Origin: the human T2T-CHM13v2.0 reference genome, Homo sapiens
Reading direction: 5' to 3' (one strand)
DNA length: 64,000 nt
Assembly: GCF_009914755.1 (NCBI RefSeq)
Contig: NC_060934.1
Under the pieces are notes generated by a model, which searched no databases, was not told the DNA's origin, and saw only the letters and a program-made list of their open reading frames with translations. Made by a program: the position numbers and the translations under genes. Shown here in pieces: positions 1 through 11,000 of this stretch (the stretch's first letter is position 1; the number at the start of each line of letters is the position of its first letter).

Positions 1-17
1 CTTCGTTGGAAACGGGA
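1..17 (+). other. CENP-B box (first of 189 box positions, one per dimer)
   Basis: CTTCGTTGGAAACGGGA matches the established 17-bp CENP-B box YTTCGTTGGAARCGGGA. It recurs at 341, 680, 1018, 1358, 1698 and onward. Confidence 0.97.
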
Positions 18-340
18 TTTCTTCATATAATGCTAGACAGAAGAATTCTCAGTCACTCCTTTGTGTTGTGTGTATTCAAGTCACAGAGTTGAACCTTCCT
101 TTAGACAGAGCAGTTTTGAAAAATTCTTTCTGTGTAATTTGCAAGTGGAGATTTCAAGCGATTTGAGGCTAATCTTTGAAATGGAAATATCTTCGTGTAA
201 AAACTACACAGAATCATTCTCAGAAACTGCTTTGTCATCTGTGCGTTCAGTTCACAGAGTTTCACCTTTCTCTTCATAGAGCAGTTTGGAAAGACTCTGT
301 CTGTAAAGTCTGCAAGTGATTAGTTAGAACCCTTTGAGGC
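1..340 (+). repeat. Dimer A (representative copy, 340 bp); begins every HOR unit
   Basis: Diagnostic words CAGTCACT, TTCAAGTCAC, GAAAAATTCTTTC, GAGGCTAATCTTTGAAATGG, GTGATTAGTTAGA. The spurious 72-aa MCCVYSS ORF marks nearly every copy. Confidence 0.95.
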
Positions 341-679
341 CTTCGTTGGAAGCGGGATTTCTCATTTACTGCTAGACAGAAGAATTCTCAGTAAATCCTT
401 TGTGTTGTGTGTATTCAACTCACAGAGTGGAACCTTCCTTTATTCAGAGCAGTTTTGAAACACTCTTTTTGTGGAATTTGCAAGTGGAGATTTCAAGCGA
501 TTTGACGCCAATCTTAGACATGGAAATATCTTCATATTAAAAGTACACAGAGTCATTCGTAGAAACTAGTTTGTGATGTGTGCCTTCAACTCACAGAGTT
601 TAACCTTTCTTTTCATAGAGCAGTTGGGAAACACTCTATTTGTAAAGTCTGCAAGTGGATATTTGGACCTCTTTGAGGC
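341..679 (+). repeat. Dimer B (representative copy, 339 bp)
   Basis: Box variant CTTCGTTGGAAGCGGGA; diagnostic CTCATTTACTGC, GACGCCAATCTTAGACATGG, CATTCGTAGAAACTAG. Always follows A. Confidence 0.95.
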
Positions 680-1017
680 CTTCGTTGGAAACGGGATTTC
701 TTCATATAACGCTAGACAGAAGAATTCTCAGTAACTTCTTTGTGTTGTGTGTATTCAACTCACAGAGTTGAACCTTTCTTTAGAGGGAGCAGAGGTGAAA
801 CACTCTTTTTGTGGAATTTGCTAGTGCAGATTTCAAACGCTTCGAAGACAGTGATAGAAAAGGATATATCTTCGTATTAAAAGCAGACAAAATCATTCTC
901 AGAAAACTCTTTGTGATGTGTGTGTTCAACTCACAGAATTTAACCTTTCTTTAATCGAGCAGTTTGGAAATACACTCTTTGTAAGTCTGCAGGTGGATAT
1001 TTGGCCCTCTTTGAGCC
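680..1017 (+). repeat. Dimer C (representative copy, 338 bp)
   Basis: Diagnostic GAGGGAGCAGAGGTG, CAAACGCTTCGAAG, TTAATCGAGCAG and a PstI site in GTCTGCAGGT. Absent from 6-mers. Confidence 0.95.
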
Positions 1018-1357
1018 CTTCGTTGGAAACGGGATTTCCTCATATAATGCTAGACAGAAGAATTCTCAGTAACTTCTTTGTGTTGTTTGTATTCAACACA
1101 CAGATTTGAACCTTCCTTTAGAGAGAGCAGATTTGAAACACTCTGTTTTTGGAATTTGCAAGTGCAGATTTCAAGCGCTTCTAGGCCTATGGCAGAAAAG
1201 GAAATATCTTCGTATAAAAACTACACAGAATCATTCTCAACAACTACTTTGTGATGTGTGCGTTCAACTCACAGAGGTTAACCTTTCTTTTCATAGAGCA
1301 GTTTGGAAACACTCTGTTTGTAAAGCCTGCAAGTGCTTTTTTGGACTTCATTGAGGC
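1018..1357 (+). repeat. Dimer D (representative copy, 340 bp)
   Basis: Diagnostic GATTTCCTC, GTTGTTTGTATTCAACACACAGATTTG, CTAGGCCTATGGCAGAAAAGG, AAAGCCTGCAAGTGCTTTTTTGG. Confidence 0.95.
1187..1203 (+). other. pJalpha-box-like site in an A-type monomer (representative copy, dimers D and E)
   Basis: CTATGGCAGAAAAGGAA lies ~170 bp after the CENP-B box, at the homologous position of the alternate monomer. It resembles the pJalpha motif CTAYGGTGRAAAAGGAA with mismatches. Confidence 0.6.
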
Positions 1358-1697
1358 CTTCGTTGGAAACGGGATTTCTTCATACAACGCTAGACAGAAG
1401 AATTCTCAGTAACTTCTTTGTGTTGTGTGTATTCAACTCACAGAGTTGAACCTTTCTTTAGAGAGAACAGAGTTGAAACACTCTGTTTTTGGAATTTGCA
1501 AGTGCAGATTTCAAGCGATTCTAGGCCTATGGCAGAAAAGGAAATATCTTCGTATAAAAACTACACAGAATCATTCTCAACAACTGCTTTGTGATGTGTG
1601 CGTTCAACTCACAGAGTTTAACCTTTCTTTTCATAGAGCAGTTTGGAAACACTCTGTTTGTAAAGCCTGCAAGTGCTTTTTTGGACTTCATTGAGGC
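1358..1697 (+). repeat. Dimer E (representative copy, 340 bp): C/D hybrid
   Basis: The first ~100 bp match the start of C (CATA[C/T]AACGC, GAGTTGAACCTTTCTTTAG). The remainder matches D (CTCTGTTTTTGG, CTAGGCCTATGGC, AAAGCCTGC). Confidence 0.9.
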
Positions 1698-2716
1698 CTT
1701 CGTTGGAAACGGGATTTCTTCATATAATGCTAGACAGAAGAATTCTCAGTCACTTCTTTGTGTTGTGTGTATTCAAGTCACAGAGTTGAACCTTCCTTTA
1801 GACAGAGCAGTTTTGAAAAATTCTTTCTGTGGAGTTTGCAAGTGGAGATTTCAAGCGATTTGAGGCTAATCTTTGAAATGGAAATATCTTCGTGTAAAAA
1901 CTACACAGAATCATTCTCAGAAACTGCTTTGTCATCTGTGCGTTCAGTTCACAGAGTTTCACCTTTCTCTTCATAGAGCAGTTTGGAAAGACTCTGTCTG
2001 TAAAGTCTGCAAGTGATTAGTTAGACCCCTTTGAGGCCTTCGTTGGAAGCGGGATTTCTCATTTACTGCTAGACAGAAGAATTCTCAGTAAATCCTTTGT
2101 GTTGTGTGTATTAAACTCACAGAGTGGAACCTTCCTTTATTCAGAGCACTTTTGAAAAACACTTTTTGTGGAATTTGCAAGTGGAGATTTCAAGCGATTT
2201 GACGCCAATCTTAGACATGGAAATATCTTCATATTAAAAGTACACAGAGTCATTCGTAGAAACTAGTTTGTGATGTGTGCCTTCAACTCACAGAGTTTAA
2301 CCTTTCTTTTCATAGAGCAGTTTGGAAACACTCTATTTGTAAAGTCTGCAAGTGGATATTTGGACCTCTTTGAGGCCTTCGTTGGAAACGGGATTTCTTC
2401 ATACAACGCTAGACAGAAGAATTCTCAGTAACTTCTTTGTGTTGTGTGTATTCAACTCACAGAGTTGAACCTTTCTTTAGAGAGAGCAGAGTTGAAACAC
2501 TCTGTTTTTGGAATTTGCAAGTGCAGATTTCAAGCGATTCTAGGCCTATGGCAGAAAAGGAAATATCTTCGTATAAAAACTACACAGAATCATTCTCAAC
2601 AACTACTTTGTGATGTGTGCGTTCAACTCACAGAGTTTAAACTTTCTTTTCATAGAGCAGTTTGGAAACACTCTGTTTGTAAAGCCTGCAAGTGCTTTTT
2701 TGGACTTCATTGAGGC
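1698..2716 (+). repeat. 6-mer HOR variant ABE (1019 bp; 21 copies, two of them 1018 bp)
   Basis: Spacing of A dimers is 1019 = 340+339+340, and C-specific words are absent. Confidence 0.95.
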
Positions 2717-5091
2717 CTTCGTTGGAAACGGGATTTCTTCATATAATGCTAGACAGAAGAATTCTCAGTCACTTCTTTGTGTTGTGTGTATTCAAGTCAC
2801 AGAGTTGAACCTTCCTTTAGACAGAGCAGTTTTGAAAAATTCTTTCTGTGGAGTTTGCAAGTGGAATTTTCAAGCGATTTGAGGCTAATCTTTGAAATGG
2901 AAATATCTTCGTGTAAAAACTACACAGAATCATTCTCAGAAACTGCTTTGTCATCTGTGCGTTCAGTTCACAGAGTTTCACCTTTCTCTTCATAGAGCAG
3001 TTTGGAAAGACTCTGTCTGTAAAGTCTGCAAGTGATTAGTTAGACCTCTTTGAGGCCTTCGTTGGAAGCGGGATTTCTCATTTACTGCTAGACAGAAGAA
3101 TTCTCAGTAAATCCTTTGTGTTGTGTGTATTCAACTCACAGAGTGGAACCTTCCTTTATTCAGAGCAGTTTTGAAACACTCTTTTTGTGGAATTTGCAAG
3201 TGGAGATTTCAAGCGATTTGACGCCAATCTTAGACATGGAAATATCTTCATATTAAAAGTACACAGAGTCATTCGTAGAAACTAGTTTGTGATGTGTGCC
3301 TTCAACTCACAGAGTTTAACCTTTCTTTTCATAGAGCAGTTTGGAAACACTCTATTTGTAAAGTCTGCAAGTGGATATTTGGACCTCTTTGAGGCCTTCG
3401 TTGGAAATGGGATTTCTTCATATAACGCTAGACAGAAGAATTCTCAGTAACTTCTTTGTGTTGTGTGTATTCAACTCACAGAGTTGAACCTTTCTTTAGA
3501 GGGAGCAGAGGTGAAACAGTCTTTTTGTGGAATTTGCTAGTGTAGATTTCAAACGCTTCGAAGTCAGTGATAGAAAAGGATATATCTTCGTATTAAAAGT
3601 AGACAAAATCATTCTCAGAAAACTCTTTGTGATGTGTGTGTTCAACTCACAGAGTTTAACCTTTCTTTAATCGAGCAGTTTGGATATACACTCTTTGTAA
3701 GTCTGCAGGTGGATATTTGGCCCTCTTTGAGCCCTTCTTTGGAAACGGGATTTCCTCTTATAATGCTAGACAGAAGAATTCTCAGTAACTTCTCTGTGTT
3801 GTTTGTATTCAACACACAGATTTGAACCTTCCTTTAGAGAGAGCAGATTTGAAACACTCTGTTATTGTAATTTGCAAGTGCAGATTTCAAGCACTTCTAG
3901 GCCTATGGCAGAAAAGGAAATATCTTCGTATAAAAACTACACAGAATCATTCTCAACAACTACTTTGTGATGTGTGCGTTCAACTCACAGAGTTTAACCT
4001 TTCTTTTCATAGAGCAGTTTGGAAACACTCTGTTTGTAAAGCCTGCAAGTGCTTTTTTGGACTTCATTGAGGCCTTCGTTGGAAACGGGATTTCTTCATA
4101 CAACGCTAGACAGAAGAATTCTCAGTAACTTCTTTGTGTTGTGTGTATTCAACTCACAGAGTTGAACCTTTCTTTAGAGGGGGCAGAGGTGAAACACTCT
4201 TTTTGTGGAATTTGCTAGTGTAGATTTCAAACGCTTCGAAGACAGTGATAGAAAAGGATATATCTTCGTATTAAAAGTAGACAAAATCATTCTCAGAAAA
4301 CTCTTTGTGATGTGTGTGTTCAACTCACAGAGTTTAACCTTTCTTTAATCGAGCAGTTTGGAAATACACTCTTTGTAAGTCTGCAGGTGGATATTTGGCC
4401 CTCTTTGAGCCCTTCGTTGGAAACGGGATTTCCTCATATAATGCTAGACAGAAGAATTCTCAGTAACTTCTTTGTGTTGTTTGTATTCAACACACAGATT
4501 TGAACCTTCCTTTAGAGAGAGCAGATTTGAAACACTCTGTTTTTGGAATTTGCAAGTGCAGATTTCAAGCGCTTCTAGGCCTATGGCAGAAAAGGAAATA
4601 TCTTCGTATAAAAACTACATAGAATCATTCTCAACAACTACTTTGTGATGTGTGCGTTCAACTCACAGAGGTTAACCTTTCTTTTCATAGAGCAGTTTGG
4701 AAACACTCTGTTTGTAAAGCCTGCAAGTGCTTTTTTGGACTTCATTGAGGCCTTCGTTGGAAACGGGATTTCTTCATACAACGCTAGACAGAAGAATTCT
4801 CAGTAACTTCTTTGTGTTGTGTGTATTCAACTCACAGAGTTGAACCTTTCTTTGGAGAGAGCAGAGTTGAAACACTCTGTTTTTGGAATTTGCAAGTGCA
4901 GATTTCAAGCGATTCTAGGCCTATGGCAGAAAAGGAAATATCTTCGTATAAAAACTACACAGAATCATTCTCAACAACTACTTTGTGATGTGTGCGTTCA
5001 ACTCACAGAGTTTAACCTTTCTTTTCATAGAGCAGTTTGGAAACACTCTGTTTGTAAAGCCTGCAAGTGCTTTTTTGGACTTCATTGAGGC
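2717..5091 (+). repeat. 14-mer HOR variant ABCDCDE (2375 bp, single copy)
   Basis: Two C dimers (3396, 4074) and two D dimers (3734, 4412) precede E at 4752. Confidence 0.93.
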
Positions 5092-8000
5092 CTTCGTTGG
5101 AAACGGGATTTCTTCATATAATGCTAGACAGAAGAATTCTCAGTCACTTCTTTGTGTTGTGTGTATTCAAGTCACAGAGTTGAACCTTCCTTTAGACAGA
5201 GCAGTTTTGAAAAATTCTTTCTGTGGAGTTTGCAAGTGGAGATTTCAAGCGATTTGAGGCTAATCTTTGAAATGGAAATATCTTCGTGTAAAAACTACAC
5301 AGAATCATTCTCAGAAACTGCTTTGTCATCTGTGCGTTCAGTTCACAGAGTTTCACCTTTCTCTTCATAGAGCAGTTTGGAAAGACTCTGTCTGTAAAGT
5401 CTGCAAGTGATTAGTTAGACCCCTTTGAGGCCTTCGTTGGAAGCGGGATTTCTCATTTACTGCTAGACAGAAGAATTCTCAGTAAATCCTTTGTGTTGTG
5501 TGTATTCAACTCACAGAGTGGAACCTTCCTTTATTCAGAGCAGTTTTGAAAAACACTTTTTGTGGAATTCGCAAGTGGAGATTTCAAGCGATTTGACGCC
5601 AATCTTAGACATGGAAATATCTTCATATTAAAAGTACACAGAGTCATTCGTAGAAACTAGTTTGTGATGTGTGCCTTCAACTCACAGAGTTTAACCTTTC
5701 TTTTCATAGAGCAGTTTGGAAACACTCTATTTGTAAAGTCTGCAAGTGGATATTTGGACCTCTTTGAGGCCTTCGTTGGAAACGGGATTTCTTCATACAA
5801 CGCTAGACAGAAGAATTCTCAGTAACTTCTTTGTGTTGTGTGTATTCAACTCACAGAGTTGAACCTTTCTTTAGAGAGAGCAGAGTTGAAACACTCTGTT
5901 TTTGGAATTTGCAAGTGCAGATTTCAAGCGATTCTAGGCCTATGGCAGAAAAGGAAATATCTTCGTATAAAAACTACACAGAATCATTCTCAACAACTAC
6001 TTTGTGATGTGTGCGTTCAACTCACAGAGTTTAACCTTTCTTTTCATAGAGCAGTTTGGAAACACTCTGTTTGTAAAGCCTGCAAGTGCTTTTTTGGACT
6101 TCATTGAGGCCTTCGTTGGAAACGGGATTTCTTCATATAATGCTAGACAGAAGAATTCTCAGTCACTTCTTTGTGTTGTGTGTATTCAAGTCACAGAGTT
6201 GAACCTTCCTTTAGACAGAGCAGTTTTGAAAAATTCTTTCTGTGGAATTTGCAAGTGGAGATTTCAAGCGATTTGAGGCTGATCTTTGAAATGGAAATAT
6301 CTTCGTGTAAAAACTACACAGAATCATTCTCAGAAACTGCTTTGTCATCTGTGCGTTCAGTTCACAGAGTTTCACCTTTCTCTTCATAGAGCAGTTTGGA
6401 AAGACTCTGTCTGTAAAGTCTGCAAGTGATTAGTTAGAACCCTTTGAGGCCTTCGTTGGAAGCGGGATTTCTCATTTACTGCTAGACAGAAGAATTCTCA
6501 GTAAATCCTTTGTGTTGTGTGTATTCAACTCACAGAGTGGAACCTTCCTTTATTCAGAGCAGTTTTGAAACACTCTTTTTGTGGAATTTGCAAGTGGAGA
6601 TTTCAAGCGATTTGACGCCAATCTTAGACATGGAAATATCTTCATATTAAAAGTACACAGAGTCATTCGTAGAAACTAGTTTGTGATGTGTGCCTTCAAC
6701 TCACAGAGTTTAACCTTTCTTTTCATAGAGCAGTTTGGAAACACTCTATTTGTAAAGTCTGCAAGTGGATATTTGGACCTCTTTGAGGCCTTCGTTGGAA
6801 ATGGGATTTCTTCATATAACGCTAGACAGAAGAATTCTCAGTAACTTCTTTGTGTTGTGTGTATTCAACTCACAGAGTTGAACCTTTCTTTAGAGGGAGC
6901 AGAGGTGAAACACTCTTTTTGTGGAATTTGCTAGTGTCGATTTCAAACGCTTCGAAGACAGTGATAGAAAAGGATATATCTTCGTATTAAAAGTAGACAA
7001 AATCATTATCAGAAAACTCTTTGTGATGTGTGTGTTCAACTCACAGAGTTTAACCTTTCTTTAATCGAGCAGTTTGGAAATACACTCTTTGTAAGTCTGC
7101 AGGTGGATATTTGGCCCTCTTTGAGCCCTTCGTTGGAAACGGGATTTCCTCATATAATGCTAGACAGAAGAATTCTCAGTAACTTCTTTGTGTTGTTTGT
7201 ATTCAACACACAGATCTGAGCCTTCCTTTAGAGAGAGCAGATTTGAAACACTCTGTTTTTGGAATTTGCAAGTGCAGATTTCAAGCGCTTCTAGGCCTAT
7301 GGCAGAAAAGGAAATATCTTCGTATAAAAACTACACAGAATCATTCTCAACAACTACTTTGTGATGTGTGCGTCCAACTCACAGAGGTTAACCTTTCTTT
7401 TCATAGAGCAGTTTGGAAACACTCTGTTTGTAAAGCCTGCAAGTGCTTTTTTGGACTTCATTGAGGCCTTCGTTGGAAACGGGATTTCTTCATACAACGC
7501 TAGACAGAAGAATTCTCAGTAACTTCTTTGTGTTGTGTGTATTCAACTCACAGATTTGAACCTTTCTTTAGAGAGAACAGAGTTGAAACACTCTGTTTTT
7601 GGAATTTGCAAGTGCAGATTTCAAGCGATTCTAGGCCTATGGCAGAAAAGGAAATATCTTCGTATAAAAACTACACAGAATCATTCTCAACAACTACTTT
7701 GTGATGTGTGCGTTCAACTCACAGAGTTTAACCTTTCTTTTCATAGAGCAGTTTGGAAACACTCTGTTTGTAAAGCCTGCAAGTGCTTTTTTGGACTTCA
7801 TTGAGGCCTTCGTTGGAAACGGGATTTCTTCATATAATGCTAGACAGAAGAATTCTCAGTCACTTCTTTGTGTTGTGTGTATTCAAGTCACAGAGTTGAA
7901 CCTTCCTTTAGACAGAGCAGTTTTGAAAAATTCTTTCTGTGGAGTTTGCAAGTGGAGATTTCAAGCGATTTGAGGCTAATCTTTGAAATGGAAATATCTT

Positions 8001-11000
8001 CGTGTAAAAACTACACAGAATCATTCTCAGAAACTGCTTTGTCATCTGTTCGTTCAGTTCACAGAGTTTCACCTTTCTCTTCATAGAGCAGTTTGGAAAG
8101 ACTCTGTCTGTAAAGTCTGCAAGTGATTAGTTAGACCCCTTTGAGGCCTTCGTTGGAAGTGGGATTTCTCATTTACTGCTAGACAGAAGAATTCTCAGTA
8201 AATCCTTTGTGTTGTGTGTATTCAACTCACAGAGTGGAACCTTCCTTTATTCAGAGCAGTTTTGAAAAACACTTTTTGTGGAATTTGCAAGTGGAGATTT
8301 CAAGCGATTTGACGCCAATCTTAGACATGGAAATATCTTCATATTAAAAGTACACAGAGTCATTCGTAGAAACTAGTTTGTGATGTGTGCCTTCAACTCA
8401 CAGAGTTTAACCTTTCTTTTCATAGAGCAGTTTGGAAACACTCTATTTGTAAAGTCTGCAAGTGGATATTTGGACCTCTTTGAGGCCTTCGTTGGAAACG
8501 GGATTTCTTCATACAACGCTAGACAGAAGAATTCTCAGTAACTTCTTTGTGTTGTGTGTATTCAACTCACAGAGTTGAACCTTTCTTTAGAGAGAGCAGA
8601 GTTGAAACACTCTGTTTTTGGAATTTGCAAGTGCAGATTTCAAGCGATTCTAGGCCTATGGCAGAAAAGGAAATATCTTCGTATAAAAACTACACAGAAT
8701 CATTCTCAACAACTACTTTGTGATGTGTGCGTTCAACTCACAGAGTTTAAACTTTCTTTTCATAGAGCAGTTTGGAAACACTCTGTTTGTAAAGCCTGCA
8801 AGTGCTTTTTTGGACTTCATTGAGGCCTTCGTTGGAAACGGGATTTCTTCATATAATGCTAGACAGAAGAATTCTCAGTCACTTCTTTGTGTTGTGTGTA
8901 TTCAAGTCACAGAGTTGAACCTTCCTTTAGACAGAGCAGTTTTGAAAAATTCTTTCTGTGGAATTTGCAAGTGGAGATTTCAAGCGATTTGAGGCTAATC
9001 TTTGAAATGGAAATATCTTCGTGTAAAAACTACACAGAATCATTCTCAGAAACTGCTTTGTCATCTGTGCGTTCAGTTCACAGAGTTTCACCTTTCTCTT
9101 CATAGAGCAGTTTGGAAAGACTCTGTCTGTAAAGTCTGCAAGTGATTAGTTAGACCTCTTTGAGGCCTTCGTTGGAAGCGGGATTTCTCATTTACTGCTA
9201 GACAGAAGAATTCTCAGTAAATCCTTTGTGTTGTGTGTATTCAACTCACAGAGTGGAACCTTCCTTTATTCAGAGCAGTTTTGAAACACTCTTTTTGTGG
9301 AATTTGCAAGTGGAGATTTCAAGCGATTTGACGCCAATCTTAGACATGGAAATATCTTCATATTAAAAGTACACAGAGTCATTCGTAGAAACTAGTTTGT
9401 GATGTGTGCCTTCAACTCACAGAGTTTAACCTTTCTTTTCATAGAGCAGTTGGGAAACACTCTATTTGTAAAGTCTGCAAGTGGATATTTGGACCTCATT
9501 GAGGCCTTCGTTGGAAACGGGATTTCTTCATATAACGCTAGACAGAAGAATTCTCAGTAACTTCTTTGTGTTGTGTGTATTCAACTCACAGAGTTGAACC
9601 TTTCTTTAGAGGGAGCAGAGGTGAAACAGTCTTTTTGTGGAATTTGCTAGTGTAGATTTCAAACGCTTCGAAGTCAGTGATAGAAAATGATATATCTTCG
9701 TATTAAAAGTAGACAAAATCATTCTCAGAAAACTCTTTGTGATGTGTGTGTTCAACTCACAGAGTTTAACCTTTCTTTAATCGAGCAGTTTGGAAATACA
9801 CTCTTTGTAAGTCTGCAGGTGGATATTTGGCCCTCTTTGAGCCCTTCTTTGGAAACGGGATTTCCTCTTATAATGCTAGACAGAAGAATTCTCAGTAACT
9901 TCTCTGTGTTGTTTGTATTCAACACACAGATTTGAACCTTCCTTTAGAGAGAGCAGATTTGAAACACTCTGTTTTTGGAATTTGCAAGTGCAGATTTCAA
10001 GCACTTCTAGGCCTAGGGCAGAAAAGGAAATATCTTCGTATAAAAACTACACAGAATCATTCTCAACAACTACTTTGTGATGTGTGCGTTCAACTCACAG
10101 AGTTTAACCTTTCTTTTCATAGAGCAGTTTGGAAACACTCTGTTTGTAAAGCCTGCAAGTGCTTTTTTGGACTTCATTGAGGCCTTCGTTGGAAACGGGA
10201 TTTCTTCATACAACGCTAGACAGAAGAATTCTCAGTAACTTCTTTGTGTTGTGTGTATTCAACTCACAGAGTTGAACCTTTCTTTAGAGAGAGCAGAGTT
10301 GAAACACTCTGTTTTTGGAATTTGCAAGTGCAGATTTCAAGCGATTCTAGGCCTATGGCAGAAAAGTAAATATCTTCGTATAAAAACTACACAGAATCAT
10401 TCTCAACAACTACTTTGTGATGTGTGCGTTCAACTCACAGAGTTTAACCTTTCTTTTCATAGAGCAGTTTGGAAACACTCTGTTTGTAAAGCCTGCAAGT
10501 GCTTTTTTGGACTTCATTGAGGCCTTCGTTGGAAACGGGATTTCTTCATATAATGCTAGACAGAAGAATTCTCAGTCACTTCTTTGTGTTGTGTGTATTC
10601 AAGTCACAGAGTTGAACCTTCCTTTAGACAGAGCAGTTTTGAAAAATTCTTTCTGTGGAGTTTGCAAGTGGAGATTTCCAGCGATTTGAGGCTAATCTTT
10701 GAAATGGAAATATCTTCGTGTAAAAACTACACAGAATCATTCTCAGAAACTGCTTTGTCATCTGTTCGTTCAGTTCACAGAGTTTCACCTTTCTCTTCAT
10801 AGAGCAGTTTGGAAAGACTCTGTCTGTAAAGTCTGCAAGTGATTAGTTAGACCCCTTTGAGGCCTTCGTTGGAAGCGGGATTTCTCATTTACTGCTAGAC
10901 AGAAGAATTCTCAGTAAATCCTTTGTGTTGTGTGTATTCAACTCACAGAGTGGAACCTTCCTTTATTCAGAGCAGTTTTGAAAAACACTTTTTGTGGAAT

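Larger units (their letters stand above)
1..1697 (+). repeat. 10-mer HOR variant ABCDE (1697 bp; 14 copies in window)
   Basis: Spacing of consecutive A dimers is 1697 = 340+339+338+340+340. Confidence 0.95.
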
